A DNA stretch of 64,000 bases from Actinomycetes bacterium (GTDB lineage: Bacteria; Actinomycetota; Thermoleophilia; BMS3ABIN01): assembly GCA_021785935.1 (NCBI GenBank), contig JAJYOG010000006.1, forward strand, positions 2,804 to 66,803, written 5' to 3'. Shown piece by piece: positions 25,848 to 36,381 of this stretch. The position numbers were made by a program, and so were the translations under genes. The notes beneath the pieces were generated by a model. The model had not been told where the DNA came from, did not search any database, and saw only the letters and a list, made by a program, of their open reading frames with translations. The first letter of the stretch is position 1; every line of letters starts with the position of its first letter.

Positions 25848-28201
25848 GTTCAAGGAGCCGGAGAATGCGAAATATAACTCGTAGAGATTTTCTGAAACTG
25901 GGAGCCGCCAGCGCCGCGGTGCTGACGATCGAGACCCAGTTCGGTCCGATTGCATCCGCCGCGGAGCGTTTGATCGAAGGCGGCCGGTCGGTAAACAGAA
26001 CGTCGGGCCTGCCCCGGTCGTTTCTGCCAAGCACCTGCATGCAGTGTCCGGCGGGTTGCGGCAATATCGGCTATATTGAGGAAAGCCGCCTGGTCAAGAT
26101 CGGTGGCAATACAGTACATCTGAGCAATCAAGGTTCCCTTTGCGCACGCGGTCAGGCCGGCATTAACGCACTTTACGACCCCGATCGCCTGCTGCAGCCA
26201 ATGAAACGCAACGGTCTGCGCGGCAAGGGCAACTGGGCCACGATCACCTGGGAAGAGGCCTATGACGAGGTGTCCAAGGCAATGGCCGCCTCGAAAGACA
26301 GCCCGGGAGACTTTCTTTTTCTGACTGATGATATCAAGCAGGACAATCTCGGACAGCGGTTTGCTTATGCTTACGGCTCACCCAATGCCATCGGGTCGGC
26401 CGGCATTTATGACGCCAACAAGCTGGTGGGCACGCAACTTACGTGGGGCGCCGCTGGCGACATGCCCGACGTCTCCAGGAGCAAGTACATTCTCGTCTTC
26501 GGGGCCAACCCACTGGAGAGCAATCCCCAGTTCGTTGGTTTCGCCAGGCGGATGATCGACGGGCAGCAGCATAATCAGGCCAAGGTCGTCGTCTTCGATG
26601 TCCGTTTGACGAATACGTCTACCCGTGCCAATGAAGCCTATTACGTCAATCCAGGCACTTACGCGCTCGTGGCGTTGGCGATGGCCAATGTCATCATGCA
26701 GGAAGGTCTCTACGACCGTGCTTTCGTCGAGCAGTGGACGAACGTTTCGCCGGCCCAGTTGATGCAGTATCTGGCCCAGTACTCGCCTGAGCGCGCCGAA
26801 GCCGAGACCGGCGTCAGCGCTCTGGTAATCAGGAGAATAGCCACCGAATTCGCATCCACTCCTCCGGCGACGACAATTACCGACTCAATGTTATCGAATC
26901 TGCCTAACGGTGTACAGAACGAGCGGGCGGTCATGCTGCTCAACATCATCACCGGAAACATAGATGTTAAGGGCGGTCTCTGTCTGCCGCGCCAGTACGA
27001 TCTGGCACAGGCGGCGCCGGCGCCGGCAAGGCCCTCCCCGAGTTTATTGACCAATCCGCCTGATATGCCGTTTGCTACGCAGCAGTCAATCGTCAATGTC
27101 ATACGGTTAATAAAAGACCGTAAGCACAAAGTGGGCCTGTTGATGACCCACGGAGTCAATCCGGTCTACTCCAACCCCGACACTGGCATGGTTGAGGATG
27201 TGCTTAAGGACGAAACGCTGATCCCGTACCATGTCGCCGTGACGCCGTTCATGACCGAGGCCGCGGAGTTGGCGGATATCATCCTGCCGGAAACCACCTA
27301 TCTGGAAGACTGGAACATTGAAGTACGCTCCTCTCCCGAGCTGGTGCCGTATGTTTCCCTGCGGCAGCCGGTGGTGCCGCCACTGGATGCGGCCACTTCA
27401 TTCTTTGATATCGCCGTGCAGCTCGCCAATCGCGTCAAGGGTGGCATGGAGCAGTACTTTGCATTCAAGAGCGTCAACGATTACCTCAAGGCGCGCATTG
27501 CCAACATACCCGGGCTTGTCCAGGCCGGTGGACTTGATTATCTGTTACAGCACGGAGTCTGGTATGACCCGAAAACACGGCCGAATTACGGCGCCTACAT
27601 GGCAGGCGGTTTTGCCACGCCGACCGGCAAGATGGAAGTTTTTTCACAGCCGCTGGCTGACAGGGGCTTCTCCGGGATGCCCGTCTATGAACCGATCGCT
27701 ACCTTCCGTGAGCTTGGAGAACGTGAGATGGTGCTGACTATTTTCGACACAGCCTTGCAGACTGACGCCAAGACCGCCAACTGCATGTGGCTTGATGAGA
27801 TCCTGCACGATAACCCCGCCTGGATTAACACAGTAACCGCGGGAAAGCTGGGGATCAAAGCGGGCGATTCAATCAAGATATTGCGTCAGGCAAAGTCGGG
27901 TGAGGCAAAAGAGCGCTCGATTATGACCACGGCTTTTCTGACCGAGGGCATTCATCCCCAGGTCGTCGCCTTGGCCAATGGCGTCGGCCATACCGCCTTT
28001 GGCCACATCGCTGAGGGAGAAAAAATGACCATGGACGAAATTGAGACCCAGACGCTCAAGGATCCGAACGTCGAGCTGGTCTGGTGGAAGAAAAAGGGCG
28101 GCATTGGCGTCAACGCCAAGCAGATAGTTCCGGCGGCCACCGATCCGATCGGCGGCGGCGCGGCCTGGGGCGACGTGGTCGTCACGGTCGCCAAAGCCTA
28201 G
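25844..28201 (+). CDS. Tat-exported molybdopterin oxidoreductase (DMSO reductase family)
   Basis: TRRDFLK; CMQCPAGC...LCARG; ADIILPETTYLE; GFATPTGKME. Confidence 0.92.
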   Translation: MSSRSRRMRNITRRDFLKLGAASAAVLTIETQFGPIASAAERLIEGGRSVNRTSGLPRSFLPSTCMQCPAGCGNIGYIEESRLVKIGGNTVHLSNQGSLCARGQAGINALYDPDRLLQPMKRNGLRGKGNWATITWEEAYDEVSKAMAASKDSPGDFLFLTDDIKQDNLGQRFAYAYGSPNAIGSAGIYDANKLVGTQLTWGAAGDMPDVSRSKYILVFGANPLESNPQFVGFARRMIDGQQHNQAKVVVFDVRLTNTSTRANEAYYVNPGTYALVALAMANVIMQEGLYDRAFVEQWTNVSPAQLMQYLAQYSPERAEAETGVSALVIRRIATEFASTPPATTITDSMLSNLPNGVQNERAVMLLNIITGNIDVKGGLCLPRQYDLAQAAPAPARPSPSLLTNPPDMPFATQQSIVNVIRLIKDRKHKVGLLMTHGVNPVYSNPDTGMVEDVLKDETLIPYHVAVTPFMTEAAELADIILPETTYLEDWNIEVRSSPELVPYVSLRQPVVPPLDAATSFFDIAVQLANRVKGGMEQYFAFKSVNDYLKARIANIPGLVQAGGLDYLLQHGVWYDPKTRPNYGAYMAGGFATPTGKMEVFSQPLADRGFSGMPVYEPIATFRELGEREMVLTIFDTALQTDAKTANCMWLDEILHDNPAWINTVTAGKLGIKAGDSIKILRQAKSGEAKERSIMTTAFLTEGIHPQVVALANGVGHTAFGHIAEGEKMTMDEIETQTLKDPNVELVWWKKKGGIGVNAKQIVPAATDPIGGGAAWGDVVVTVAKA

Positions 28202-28232
28202 AAGGAGATCGCTGACGGGCACCAATGAGGAG

Positions 28233-28850
28233 ATGGCGCGGGCACGCGCGGGGCTCTATGGCCTGATGTCGAGGGTGTTCAGCGATAAGCCTTCGGCGGC
28301 GCTCTTAAAGGCGATGAAGGACCCGGAGATGCTGGCATCCCTGGCGGCTTTCGAGGTGTACTTCGATCAGGATTTCCTGGATGGAGATGAGGAGGAGCAG
28401 GCCGAAGAGCTGGCAGCTGAATATACAAGGCTGTTCATGGCAACCGGCCCGCATATAGCGCCTTATGAGTCGGTGTTTGTCCGGGGCTGGAATGAGGAGA
28501 AACCGCAACTGTGGGGAGAAGCTACGGTAGCGGTAGCAAAGTTTTATGAGGAGGCCGGCCTCGGGCTGACTTTGGGTCAGACGCCGGACCATCTCGGCCT
28601 CGAACTCGAGGCAATGGCGACGCTGGCGGAGTGTGAGGCGGCCAAGCGCGAAGCGGGCGACGAGGCTGGAGCTGAAAAATTGGAGCAGCTTCAGCGCCGG
28701 TTTTGCGAGGAACACCTGGTCAAATGGGTGCCAGAGATTTGTAAGGATGTGCGGCAGCGGACGGAAAGCAGTTTCTACCGTGGCGCGGCCGACATCACTG
28801 CGGGCCTGGTGCAGGTGCACTGCGGCGAAGCGGATTTGATGGACGAATAA
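28233..28850 (+). CDS. TorD/DmsD family chaperone
   Basis: EYTRLF, PYESVF, PDHLGLELE, HLVKW. Confidence 0.92.
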   Translation: MARARAGLYGLMSRVFSDKPSAALLKAMKDPEMLASLAAFEVYFDQDFLDGDEEEQAEELAAEYTRLFMATGPHIAPYESVFVRGWNEEKPQLWGEATVAVAKFYEEAGLGLTLGQTPDHLGLELEAMATLAECEAAKREAGDEAGAEKLEQLQRRFCEEHLVKWVPEICKDVRQRTESSFYRGAADITAGLVQVHCGEADLMDE

Positions 28851-28920
28851 ATATTGATCGATAACCGCAATTCAGGCAGGCGATAATGCTCAAGCAGCGC
28901 AAAGGGAGGAATAGAGATAA

Positions 28921-29694
28921 ATGAAGATTCCTAAGCTATCAAAACCGGTATGGGTGCTGGTCGGATTGGGCATACTTGTGTTGGCCCTCTCGCCCATGGT
29001 GCTCCTGGCGCATTATACGACCACTAATCCCCATTTCTGCCTGACCTGCCATGGCACGGGTGAAACCGCGAACGTCGGTCTGCCTTCCAAGGTTCATCCG
29101 GACTACGGCGAAGTTGGTTGCCTGGACTGCCATGCGGAGAACGGCGGTCATTTCGTTACTGACGGCTATAAAACCGGTTTTGAGGCCGAGCCCGACCGGG
29201 TCAGCCAAAACTGCGTTAACTGTCATGGTGACATGAAGACGAAAAACGATAACGTTGGCTTCAAATTTAACGAGAAGAACATTAACATTCCGCATCAGAC
29301 TCACTTCGGCTTCGGCGCTGTCTGTGCTGACTGCCATCGTGATATCGCTCATGATCTGAACATTAACCAGACCAACCGTCCACGCATGGCTTACTGCTTC
29401 CAATGCCATGCGAGCACTGATCCGTGCACCAAGTGTCACCCGGACGGGCCGCCAGCCGAGAAAACGACCATCCCGCCGCCGGCAAAGCGTCCCCAGGTGC
29501 CTTCGGCTGACGCCTCCAGGGCCACCTTCGAACAGCTGTGCTCGAAGTGCCACGCGCTCTACCCGGTCACGTTGCACACGAAGGCCGAATGGGCCGGTGT
29601 AGTGGATCGCATGGCGGGATACACCGGCGCCGATATCGGTCAGGATGACAAGGCGCTAATCCTGTCCTATCTGGATACAACGGCCAAGCAGTAG
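28921..29694 (+). CDS. Membrane-anchored 7-heme cytochrome c
   Basis: N-terminal TM; 7 CxxCH motifs, the last in a separate domain after a Pro-rich linker. Confidence 0.9.
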   Translation: MKIPKLSKPVWVLVGLGILVLALSPMVLLAHYTTTNPHFCLTCHGTGETANVGLPSKVHPDYGEVGCLDCHAENGGHFVTDGYKTGFEAEPDRVSQNCVNCHGDMKTKNDNVGFKFNEKNINIPHQTHFGFGAVCADCHRDIAHDLNINQTNRPRMAYCFQCHASTDPCTKCHPDGPPAEKTTIPPPAKRPQVPSADASRATFEQLCSKCHALYPVTLHTKAEWAGVVDRMAGYTGADIGQDDKALILSYLDTTAKQ

Positions 29695-29770
29695 GCGGAA
29701 ACCCGCGGCAGAGGCGCCATGGGAGAACCGGCGGCAAAGCCGTAAGCGGGGACATAATCTAGGGAATCAC

Positions 29771-29802
29771 GGGCGGCCGCTCGCAGAGCGGCCGCCCTTA
29801 TT
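29771..29802 (+). terminator. Terminator-like hairpin
   Basis: GGGCGGCCGCT-CGCAG-AGCGGCCGCCC then TTATT. Confidence 0.65.
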
Positions 29803-29858
29803 ACTGCCAAAAAATCCCCCGGCAGTGACTGGACTACTAAGTAAAACTAGCTGCATAG

Positions 29859-29960
29859 ATGCCGCTCCGCCCGAAGCAGGATTACATCCGGCATGCCGCT
29901 CCGCCCGAAGCAGGATTACATCTGGCATACCGCTTCTCCCAGAGCAGGATTACATCCGGC
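29859..29960. repeat. 34-bp tandem repeat x3
   Basis: ATGCCGCTCCGCCCGAAGCAGGATTACATCCGGC; third copy diverged. Confidence 0.85.
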
Positions 29961-30123
29961 AGATCCCGGGGAATACTCCTGAAATAGCGATGCGTCCCCT
30001 ACAAAACTAATAGGACTACTATTGACGTATTAAAATCCTGCTGTTAACATCGCGGCACATCGCTCACTCGTGGAGCGATTTTTTATTTTAAGTGACCATG
30101 ATCGATGAGGGACACCGAGACCG

Positions 30124-31782
30124 ATGCTTTCACCTCCAAAAAGAAAGAAAAACGTACATGTGATCGGCCACACGGTGCCCGACACTGATTCCGTCTGCTC
30201 GGCCATCGGCTATGCCCACTTCAAGAATCTGACCGATAAAAGGTTTGTCTTTACCCCGGCGAGAGCCGGACACATCAACGAAGAGACGAATTTCGTCCTC
30301 GACAGGTTCAAGGTTCCCATTCCTCTGGAGGTTGAGAGTCTGAGCTCCACTGTCGACGACCTCGAATTGCACAAACCGATATCGGCGCACGAGCGCGACT
30401 CCGTACACGAGCTGGCGCGGCTCGTTCGCGAAAAGGGCGTGCGCACGCTGCCGGTGGTCGATGACGCCGGGAGGGTTCTGGGGATCCTGGGACTAAGGGA
30501 CATCGCCCAGTTCCATATGGCGAGCGCCGGACCGCTGGATCTTTCCGAGACACCCATCAGTCTCGATATCTTTCTCAAGACGCTCGAAGGGCGGGTAATC
30601 AGCAACACCGGCAAGGCGGAGACGCTCAAGGGCCAGGTGCAGATTGCCTCGATGCAGCGCGGCACCCTGCTTAACCTGATGGAGGACGGAGACATCATTG
30701 TCACCGGCGATCAGCAGGAAGTGCAGCTCGGGTGCATCGAAGCCGGCTGTTCCGCCCTGATTATCACCGACGGCGCCTCGGTTGGCGCCGAGGTCGTGCG
30801 GGCCGCGGATGAAAAGGGCGTGCTGGTGATATCTTCACCCCACCCGGCTTTTGCCACAGTGCAGCTGCTGCTCATGTCCGAGCCGGTTTCCTCAATCATG
30901 GCGCCGAAACCGGCAACCGTGGGAATGTTCACGCCCATCGCCGACCTGCGCAAGCTGGTGCTGGATTCGGACTATAGATCGGCGATCGTCGCTGACAGCG
31001 ACGATCGCCTCATTGGCTTTGTCACCCGCACCGACCTGCTCGATCCGGTGCGCAAACGCGCCATCCTCGTGGACCATAATGAAATCTCGTTGGCGGTTGA
31101 CGGCGTCGAGGAGGCGGAGATCCTGGAGATCATCGATCACCATCGCGTCGGTGATATTTCCACGGCAGCGCCCATCTACGTGCTGAACGATCCAGTGGGA
31201 AGCACCTGTACTATCGTGGCCCGGGAAATGCTTCTCTACCAGATGCAGATTCCAGTTGAGATTGCCGGGCTTCTGCTGTCGGGCATCCTTTCGGATACCC
31301 TCACACTGACCCTCTCCACCACGACCGAGCGTGACCGGGAAGTGGCTTTGAAGCTGGCTGAGGTAGCCGGACTTTCCATCGATGACTACGGCCTGGAGCT
31401 AATGCACGCCAGCATCAACATCAAGGGCAAGACCAGCGCCGAGCTGATCGCCGCTGATTTTCGCAAGGTGCTGATCGGTGGCAAGAAACTCGGAATTGGG
31501 CAAATGATGGTTCTCGATTGCGAGGAAATCGATCTCAGGGAAGCGGAACTGCTGGAGGAGCTCGATCGCCTGCGCCAGGAGCGCGGCTTCGACCTGTCGG
31601 TGATGCTCGTGACCAATCCCCTTAATGCGGAGTTTGAGCGGGTGCTGGCATCCGGGGAGACCTGGATCATCGAAAAGGCTTTCAACTGTGAGGTCAAGGA
31701 CGGCACCTGCCGCATCCCCGGCGTTATATCACGCAAGCGGGATTTTATCCCTGCGGTGGGGAAGGTGCTGGGGACGGCGTAA
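30124..31782 (+). CDS. ppaC: Mn-dependent inorganic pyrophosphatase with CBS and DRTGG domains
   Basis: GHTVPDTDSVCS, LVDHNE, IIDHH, GILSDT, SRKRD motifs. Confidence 0.92.
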   Translation: MLSPPKRKKNVHVIGHTVPDTDSVCSAIGYAHFKNLTDKRFVFTPARAGHINEETNFVLDRFKVPIPLEVESLSSTVDDLELHKPISAHERDSVHELARLVREKGVRTLPVVDDAGRVLGILGLRDIAQFHMASAGPLDLSETPISLDIFLKTLEGRVISNTGKAETLKGQVQIASMQRGTLLNLMEDGDIIVTGDQQEVQLGCIEAGCSALIITDGASVGAEVVRAADEKGVLVISSPHPAFATVQLLLMSEPVSSIMAPKPATVGMFTPIADLRKLVLDSDYRSAIVADSDDRLIGFVTRTDLLDPVRKRAILVDHNEISLAVDGVEEAEILEIIDHHRVGDISTAAPIYVLNDPVGSTCTIVAREMLLYQMQIPVEIAGLLLSGILSDTLTLTLSTTTERDREVALKLAEVAGLSIDDYGLELMHASINIKGKTSAELIAADFRKVLIGGKKLGIGQMMVLDCEEIDLREAELLEELDRLRQERGFDLSVMLVTNPLNAEFERVLASGETWIIEKAFNCEVKDGTCRIPGVISRKRDFIPAVGKVLGTA

Positions 31783-31902
31783 GCCGGGCTTGGCTCAGTT
31801 CCCTCCGTTCGCATGCGCCAGTATCAGAAGTTATGTCCGGCTTCCAGGAAGTTAATACCCTATACGGTTCAAAGTTTGCCCCATTTCCTCTAAGATACTA
31901 GT

Positions 31903-32171
31903 GACCGTGCTAGGCGGGGAGCTAGCGGTGCCCTTTACCCGCAATCCGCTATAGCGGGGCTGAATCCCCACCTTCGGGGCCGATTTGCGGGGTCAGTGGC
32001 CTTGCCGGCGGTGTTGAAGGCCAGGTCCTGCGCAATGGAACGTCGTGAACCCCGTCAGGTCCGGAAGGAAGCAGCGGTAAGCGATCTCTTTCATGTGCCG
32101 CGGGGCTGCCTGGCTGGAGCCTTCTGTCTGGTACACGCCCGTATGTTTGTCTCAACGGTGGGTGCACGGTC
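31903..32171 (+). ncRNA. ffs: SRP RNA, long form with Alu domain
   Basis: GTCAGGTCCGGAAGGAAGCAGC S-domain; terminal stem GACCGTGC/GCACGGTC; upstream of dnaX. Confidence 0.93.
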
Positions 32172-32283
32172 ATATTAAATGCTTTAATAGGAGTCATGGA
32201 CTTTCAGCGTTGACTCATCTAGCTTGTCAAAAGCTGGAAGGCTGTGACTCCTGAAAAAAACATTAAGACGACCGGACGCCCGC

Positions 32284-34095
32284 ATGCCGCACATCTCACT
32301 GTACAGAAAATACAGGCCTGCATCCTTTGATCAAGTCATGGGTCAGGAGCATGTGACCCGTACACTGGTGAACGCCATCGAGTCGGGGAAGATCAGCCAC
32401 GCCTATCTGTTTGCGGGATCTCGCGGGACCGGCAAGACCTCGACCGCCAAGTTGCTGGCCAAGGCGCTCAATTGCGCCGAGGGGCCGACCGCGAATCCGT
32501 GTGGTGTTTGCGAGAGCTGCGTCTCCATCGGCGCCGGTTCTTCGCTCGATGTCATTGAGATGGACGCCGCCAGCAACCGCGGCATCGATGACATCCGCGA
32601 CATCCGCGATAAGGTCGCCTTCGCCACCGTTGAGGGCAAGTACAAGGTTTACATCCTCGATGAGGCCCACATGCTCACCAAGGAAGCGTCTAATGCGTTC
32701 CTCAAGGTGCTGGAGGAGCCCCCGGGGCACGTGATCTTTGTGCTCTGCACGACCGAGGCGCACAAGGTTATTCCCACAATACAGTCAAGATGTCAAAGAT
32801 TCGAGTTCCGCCGGCCGGACGCGGGCATGGTGCTGGAAGTGCTTAGGGGCATAGCTCAAGCCGAGGAGATCGAGATCGATGACGCCGGTCTTGCGGCCAT
32901 TGCCCGCAGCTCGGCGGGAGCCTTCCGCGACGCCATCGGCGCCCTCGACCAGCTTGCCACCTATTGTGGCAAGAAGATCGACCTCGCCGACGTGCTTTCG
33001 ATGCTGGGTGTTGTCGAGTCGGAGCTGCTCTTTGAGGCTGTCGATATCGCCGCGGCTAATGATTCGCGCAGCGCCCTCCTTTTCGTGCATCGCCTGGCGG
33101 AGCAGGGCAAGGATTTTCACCAGTTCGCGCAAGAGCTGGTTGGCCATCTGCGCAACATCTTTTTGTTGCAGCAACTCGACGACTACCCTCCCGGCATCAT
33201 CACCGCCGCGGATGAGGATTATTCCCGCCTCAAGGGCCAGGCGCGCCTGATGGCGCCGTACCGGGTTGTCCATTTTATTGAACTGCTCACCGAGGCCCAG
33301 GCCGAGATGAAGCTGGGCAGCGATCCCCGGCTGCAGCTGGAGCTGGCGTTCGTGAAGATGACGCGGCCCGAGGTCGACATGTCGACCAAATCTATCCTCT
33401 TCCGGCTGGATCAGATTGAAAGCGGGAGTGCCGGGATGATGGGTAGAGCGCAGGGGATGAGGGCGCGTACCGGCAATACTCAGGCTGGCGATACGCGGCT
33501 GGCGCCAGCGGATACAGAGCCGGTAGATACACATGTCGATGCGCCGGCGAGTTCACTGGCTGATCCGCCGGCTGACGTACAGGCCGACGCCCCGAAAGAT
33601 GCGCGGGCGGATGCCCCGGCGGGTGCGCAAGCTGACGTCCAGGTTGGTATGCATGCGGATTCGAAGGTGGATACACCCGCTCTGGAGCCAGAAGCGGCGG
33701 GTACGCAAATCGCGGAAGGCGCGCTCACCCTCGACAAGATCGTTCGCGCCTGGAGCGTCATCCTCGACCTGGTCAAGAAGAAAAAGATTCCCCTCCACTC
33801 ATTGCTGCTGGAGGCCCGTCCAGTGGATCTTGACGGCAAGGTGCTGACATTGGGTTTCCCGGCTGGGTCCGAGTTTCATAAAGCCCAGGTAGAGAAGCCG
33901 AACTATCAGGAGGTAATCACGGACGTCCTCGGGGAGATAACCGGCGTTTCATTGAAAGTGAAATGTGTGATCAGCGAAACGGGCAAGGCCGGGGCCACGA
34001 TAGAACCTCAGCCGGGCCGGGAAAAGGACGGACCGACCGCCGATGAACTCATCGAGATGTTCAAGGCGGAGCTGGATGCTGAGGAAATTCCTTAG
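32284..34095 (+). CDS. dnaX: DNA polymerase III subunit gamma/tau
   Basis: [32 protein letters not shown]. Confidence 0.97.
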   Translation: MPHISLYRKYRPASFDQVMGQEHVTRTLVNAIESGKISHAYLFAGSRGTGKTSTAKLLAKALNCAEGPTANPCGVCESCVSIGAGSSLDVIEMDAASNRGIDDIRDIRDKVAFATVEGKYKVYILDEAHMLTKEASNAFLKVLEEPPGHVIFVLCTTEAHKVIPTIQSRCQRFEFRRPDAGMVLEVLRGIAQAEEIEIDDAGLAAIARSSAGAFRDAIGALDQLATYCGKKIDLADVLSMLGVVESELLFEAVDIAAANDSRSALLFVHRLAEQGKDFHQFAQELVGHLRNIFLLQQLDDYPPGIITAADEDYSRLKGQARLMAPYRVVHFIELLTEAQAEMKLGSDPRLQLELAFVKMTRPEVDMSTKSILFRLDQIESGSAGMMGRAQGMRARTGNTQAGDTRLAPADTEPVDTHVDAPASSLADPPADVQADAPKDARADAPAGAQADVQVGMHADSKVDTPALEPEAAGTQIAEGALTLDKIVRAWSVILDLVKKKKIPLHSLLLEARPVDLDGKVLTLGFPAGSEFHKAQVEKPNYQEVITDVLGEITGVSLKVKCVISETGKAGATIEPQPGREKDGPTADELIEMFKAELDAEEIP

Positions 34096-34114
34096 AGCTG
34101 AAAGGAGTACGCTC

Positions 34115-34426
34115 GTGCAAAACATGAACAAGATGATGAAACAGGTTCAACAGATGCAAAAGCAGATGGTCAAAGCCCAGGAAGAGCTGGCGGGCATGGA
34201 GGTCGAAGCCAGCGCCGGTGGTGGTATGGTCACGGTCAAGGTGAGCGGCGATCTCAAGATCAATAGCGTCAAGATCGATCCCGGCGCGGTCGACCCCGAC
34301 GACGTCGAGATGCTCGAGGACATGGTGCTGGCCGCCACCAATGAAGCCCTGCGCTCGGCTCAGGAGCTGGCGTCTAACAAGATGAGCGGGCTCACCGGCG
34401 GGCTCAATATCCCGGGGCTGATGTAG
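34115..34426 (+). CDS. ybaB: YbaB/EbfC nucleoid-associated protein
   Basis: MMKQVQQMQ...AGGGMV...DVEMLEDMV; GTG after AAGGAG. Confidence 0.95.
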   Translation: MQNMNKMMKQVQQMQKQMVKAQEELAGMEVEASAGGGMVTVKVSGDLKINSVKIDPGAVDPDDVEMLEDMVLAATNEALRSAQELASNKMSGLTGGLNIPGLM

Positions 34427-34472
34427 GGATCGTGCGCCAGGAAACGAAAATTACACGTAGCAGCAACGTGAT

Positions 34473-34496
34473 AATTAAGTATTGTGTCCCCGAATT
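34473..34496 (-). repeat. 24-bp dispersed repeat, copy 1 of 12
   Basis: AATTAAGTATTGTGTCCCCGAATT. Confidence 0.85.
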
Positions 34497-34513
34497 AGTA
34501 CCGAATTAGTGAT

Positions 34514-35104
34514 TTGTTTCCCGCACCGGTAGAACAACTGATCTCCGAGTTTTCGAAGCTGCCTGGCATCGGCAGGCGTTCGGCTCAACGCATCACCTTT
34601 TTTCTGCTAAGGAAAACCCGCGACGATGCAGTGGCGCTCGCCGAGGCCATCATCGACCTCAAGGACAAGATTCATTTCTGCGCCCAGTGTTTCAACTTCA
34701 CCGATGAAGAGTTATGTGTTTTCTGCCGTGATGCCCGCCGCGACAGGTCACTCATCTGCGTGGTGGAGGAGCCCAGCGACATTATCTCAATTGAAAAGGG
34801 CGGTGAATACCGCGGCCTTTATCACGTGCTCGGCGGCGCGCTTTCACCGCTGGACGGTGTTGATCCCGAGCACCTGCGCATCAGGGAGCTAATCGAGCGG
34901 ATCGAAGCGGGAGGCGTCACCGAAGTCATCATGGCAACCAACCCCAACACTACTGGAGAGTCAACCGCAATTTATCTGGCCGATATCCTTCGCGGCAAGG
35001 TGAGGGTGACGCGGCTCGCCAGCGGCCTTCCCGTCGGCGCCGACCTCGAGTACGCCGACGAAGCCACGGTCAGCCGGGCGCTTCTCGGACGCAGGGAGAT
35101 GTAG
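34514..35104 (+). CDS. recR: Recombination mediator RecR
   Basis: LPGIGRRSAQR, C4 zinc finger, YHVLGG, Toprim domain. Confidence 0.97.
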   Translation: MFPAPVEQLISEFSKLPGIGRRSAQRITFFLLRKTRDDAVALAEAIIDLKDKIHFCAQCFNFTDEELCVFCRDARRDRSLICVVEEPSDIISIEKGGEYRGLYHVLGGALSPLDGVDPEHLRIRELIERIEAGGVTEVIMATNPNTTGESTAIYLADILRGKVRVTRLASGLPVGADLEYADEATVSRALLGRREM

Positions 35105-35111
35105 TTAATTC

Positions 35112-35426
35112 ATGAGACGATTCTGGTTCAATCTGATCTGGTACCTGGTGGCCGTGGTCATCGCTGATCTGCTGCCGATAGGGATTTTCTACAGGCTGCA
35201 CACTATCGGGGGCATGGGCAGCGCGTTGCCGCAGATCGTTGCCTCCGCCCTCTTCTTCATCCTGATCTGCATTCAGGCTTTTGCCCATCTGCACCAGATG
35301 AACAAGCGATTCCCCGATCAGGAAGATCGAAACGTCTGGACAACCATGATCGTAACCGGCCTCGTCGTCCTGACCTTCTGGCTTATCATCGCCGGCCTGA
35401 TTTTCTGGGCGACCAGCAGCGCCTAG
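35112..35426 (+). CDS. Hypothetical membrane protein
   Basis: 104 aa, three TM segments. Confidence 0.7.
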   Translation: MRRFWFNLIWYLVAVVIADLLPIGIFYRLHTIGGMGSALPQIVASALFFILICIQAFAHLHQMNKRFPDQEDRNVWTTMIVTGLVVLTFWLIIAGLIFWATSSA

Positions 35427-35514
35427 AAAAAGCCCATTCACAAGATAGATAATCGCGGCGGAGGATATCGTAAGCCCGGCCGCGCTTTCGCGATCAGGCA
35501 TTTTGCATTCGCGA

Positions 35515-36381
35515 TCAGGCCTTAAAATAGAACCAGCCGTTGCCCGCCTTCTTTTTTCTTACCATGTGCTCCGCCACCATCTGCTCCAGCCGCTCTTCGG
35601 CCTCAACCATCGAAAGTGAAAAAACCTCGGCCACCTCGCGCGCTGCCACTTTTCCATATTTTCCGATGAAGCCCAGGATGCTTTGTTCGTCAGAAGTGAT
35701 AGTTCGCGCCGTGAGTTCACCGTCCGCCAGCTCTTCGAATATCTGCTCAAACTCGCGGAAACCCTGATATCCGTGCAAGATTTCTTCCACGCCGCCGCGG
35801 GTGCGGATGACAAATGTGGGAAAACCGGAAACGCCCTTTTCCCGTGCATCCATCAGGTCTTGCAGAAATGCGAGTTCGGCTGAGCCGTTGTCTATGTCCG
35901 CAAGCAGCTGTTCCCGATCGAGACCCGTCTCTTCGGTGAGCCGCGCCTGGACGTTGAGCCTGTGGATCGGCAAGCGCTCGGCGGCGGCTGCTTCGCGCAT
36001 GCGGCGCAGGAAACTTTCGGCCAGATCGGGGTCCTGAAATTCTGCCGCCTTGAAGGCGATATTCGCCGGCCAGGTCGAGCGGAACTCATCCTTCATATCA
36101 ATAAAAACATTGGCATCAACCGGCATGCCGTGGCGCGCGGAAGCCTCACGCCAATGCTCGGCAACCTGCCGGTACATCTCCGGTCCACCAATCTGGTTGA
36201 GCGGATCGTGGAAATGCCTGGTGTCCTTGACCAGGCCACCCATCTTGAAACTGATCCGGATCTGGTGTTCGTACACCTCCCTGATGCGGCGCAGGACCGG
36301 CTCCGATCCCCAGCACCAGGTGCAGTAGGGATCGGTGTAAGAGATAATCTCCAGGATGGGTGTTGCTTCAGACGACGTCAT
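35515..36381 (-). CDS. DsbA-like thioredoxin-fold protein
   Basis: YTDPYCTWCWG and GVSGFPTF. Confidence 0.88.
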   Translation of the reverse strand: MTSSEATPILEIISYTDPYCTWCWGSEPVLRRIREVYEHQIRISFKMGGLVKDTRHFHDPLNQIGGPEMYRQVAEHWREASARHGMPVDANVFIDMKDEFRSTWPANIAFKAAEFQDPDLAESFLRRMREAAAAERLPIHRLNVQARLTEETGLDREQLLADIDNGSAELAFLQDLMDAREKGVSGFPTFVIRTRGGVEEILHGYQGFREFEQIFEELADGELTARTITSDEQSILGFIGKYGKVAAREVAEVFSLSMVEAEERLEQMVAEHMVRKKKAGNGWFYFKA

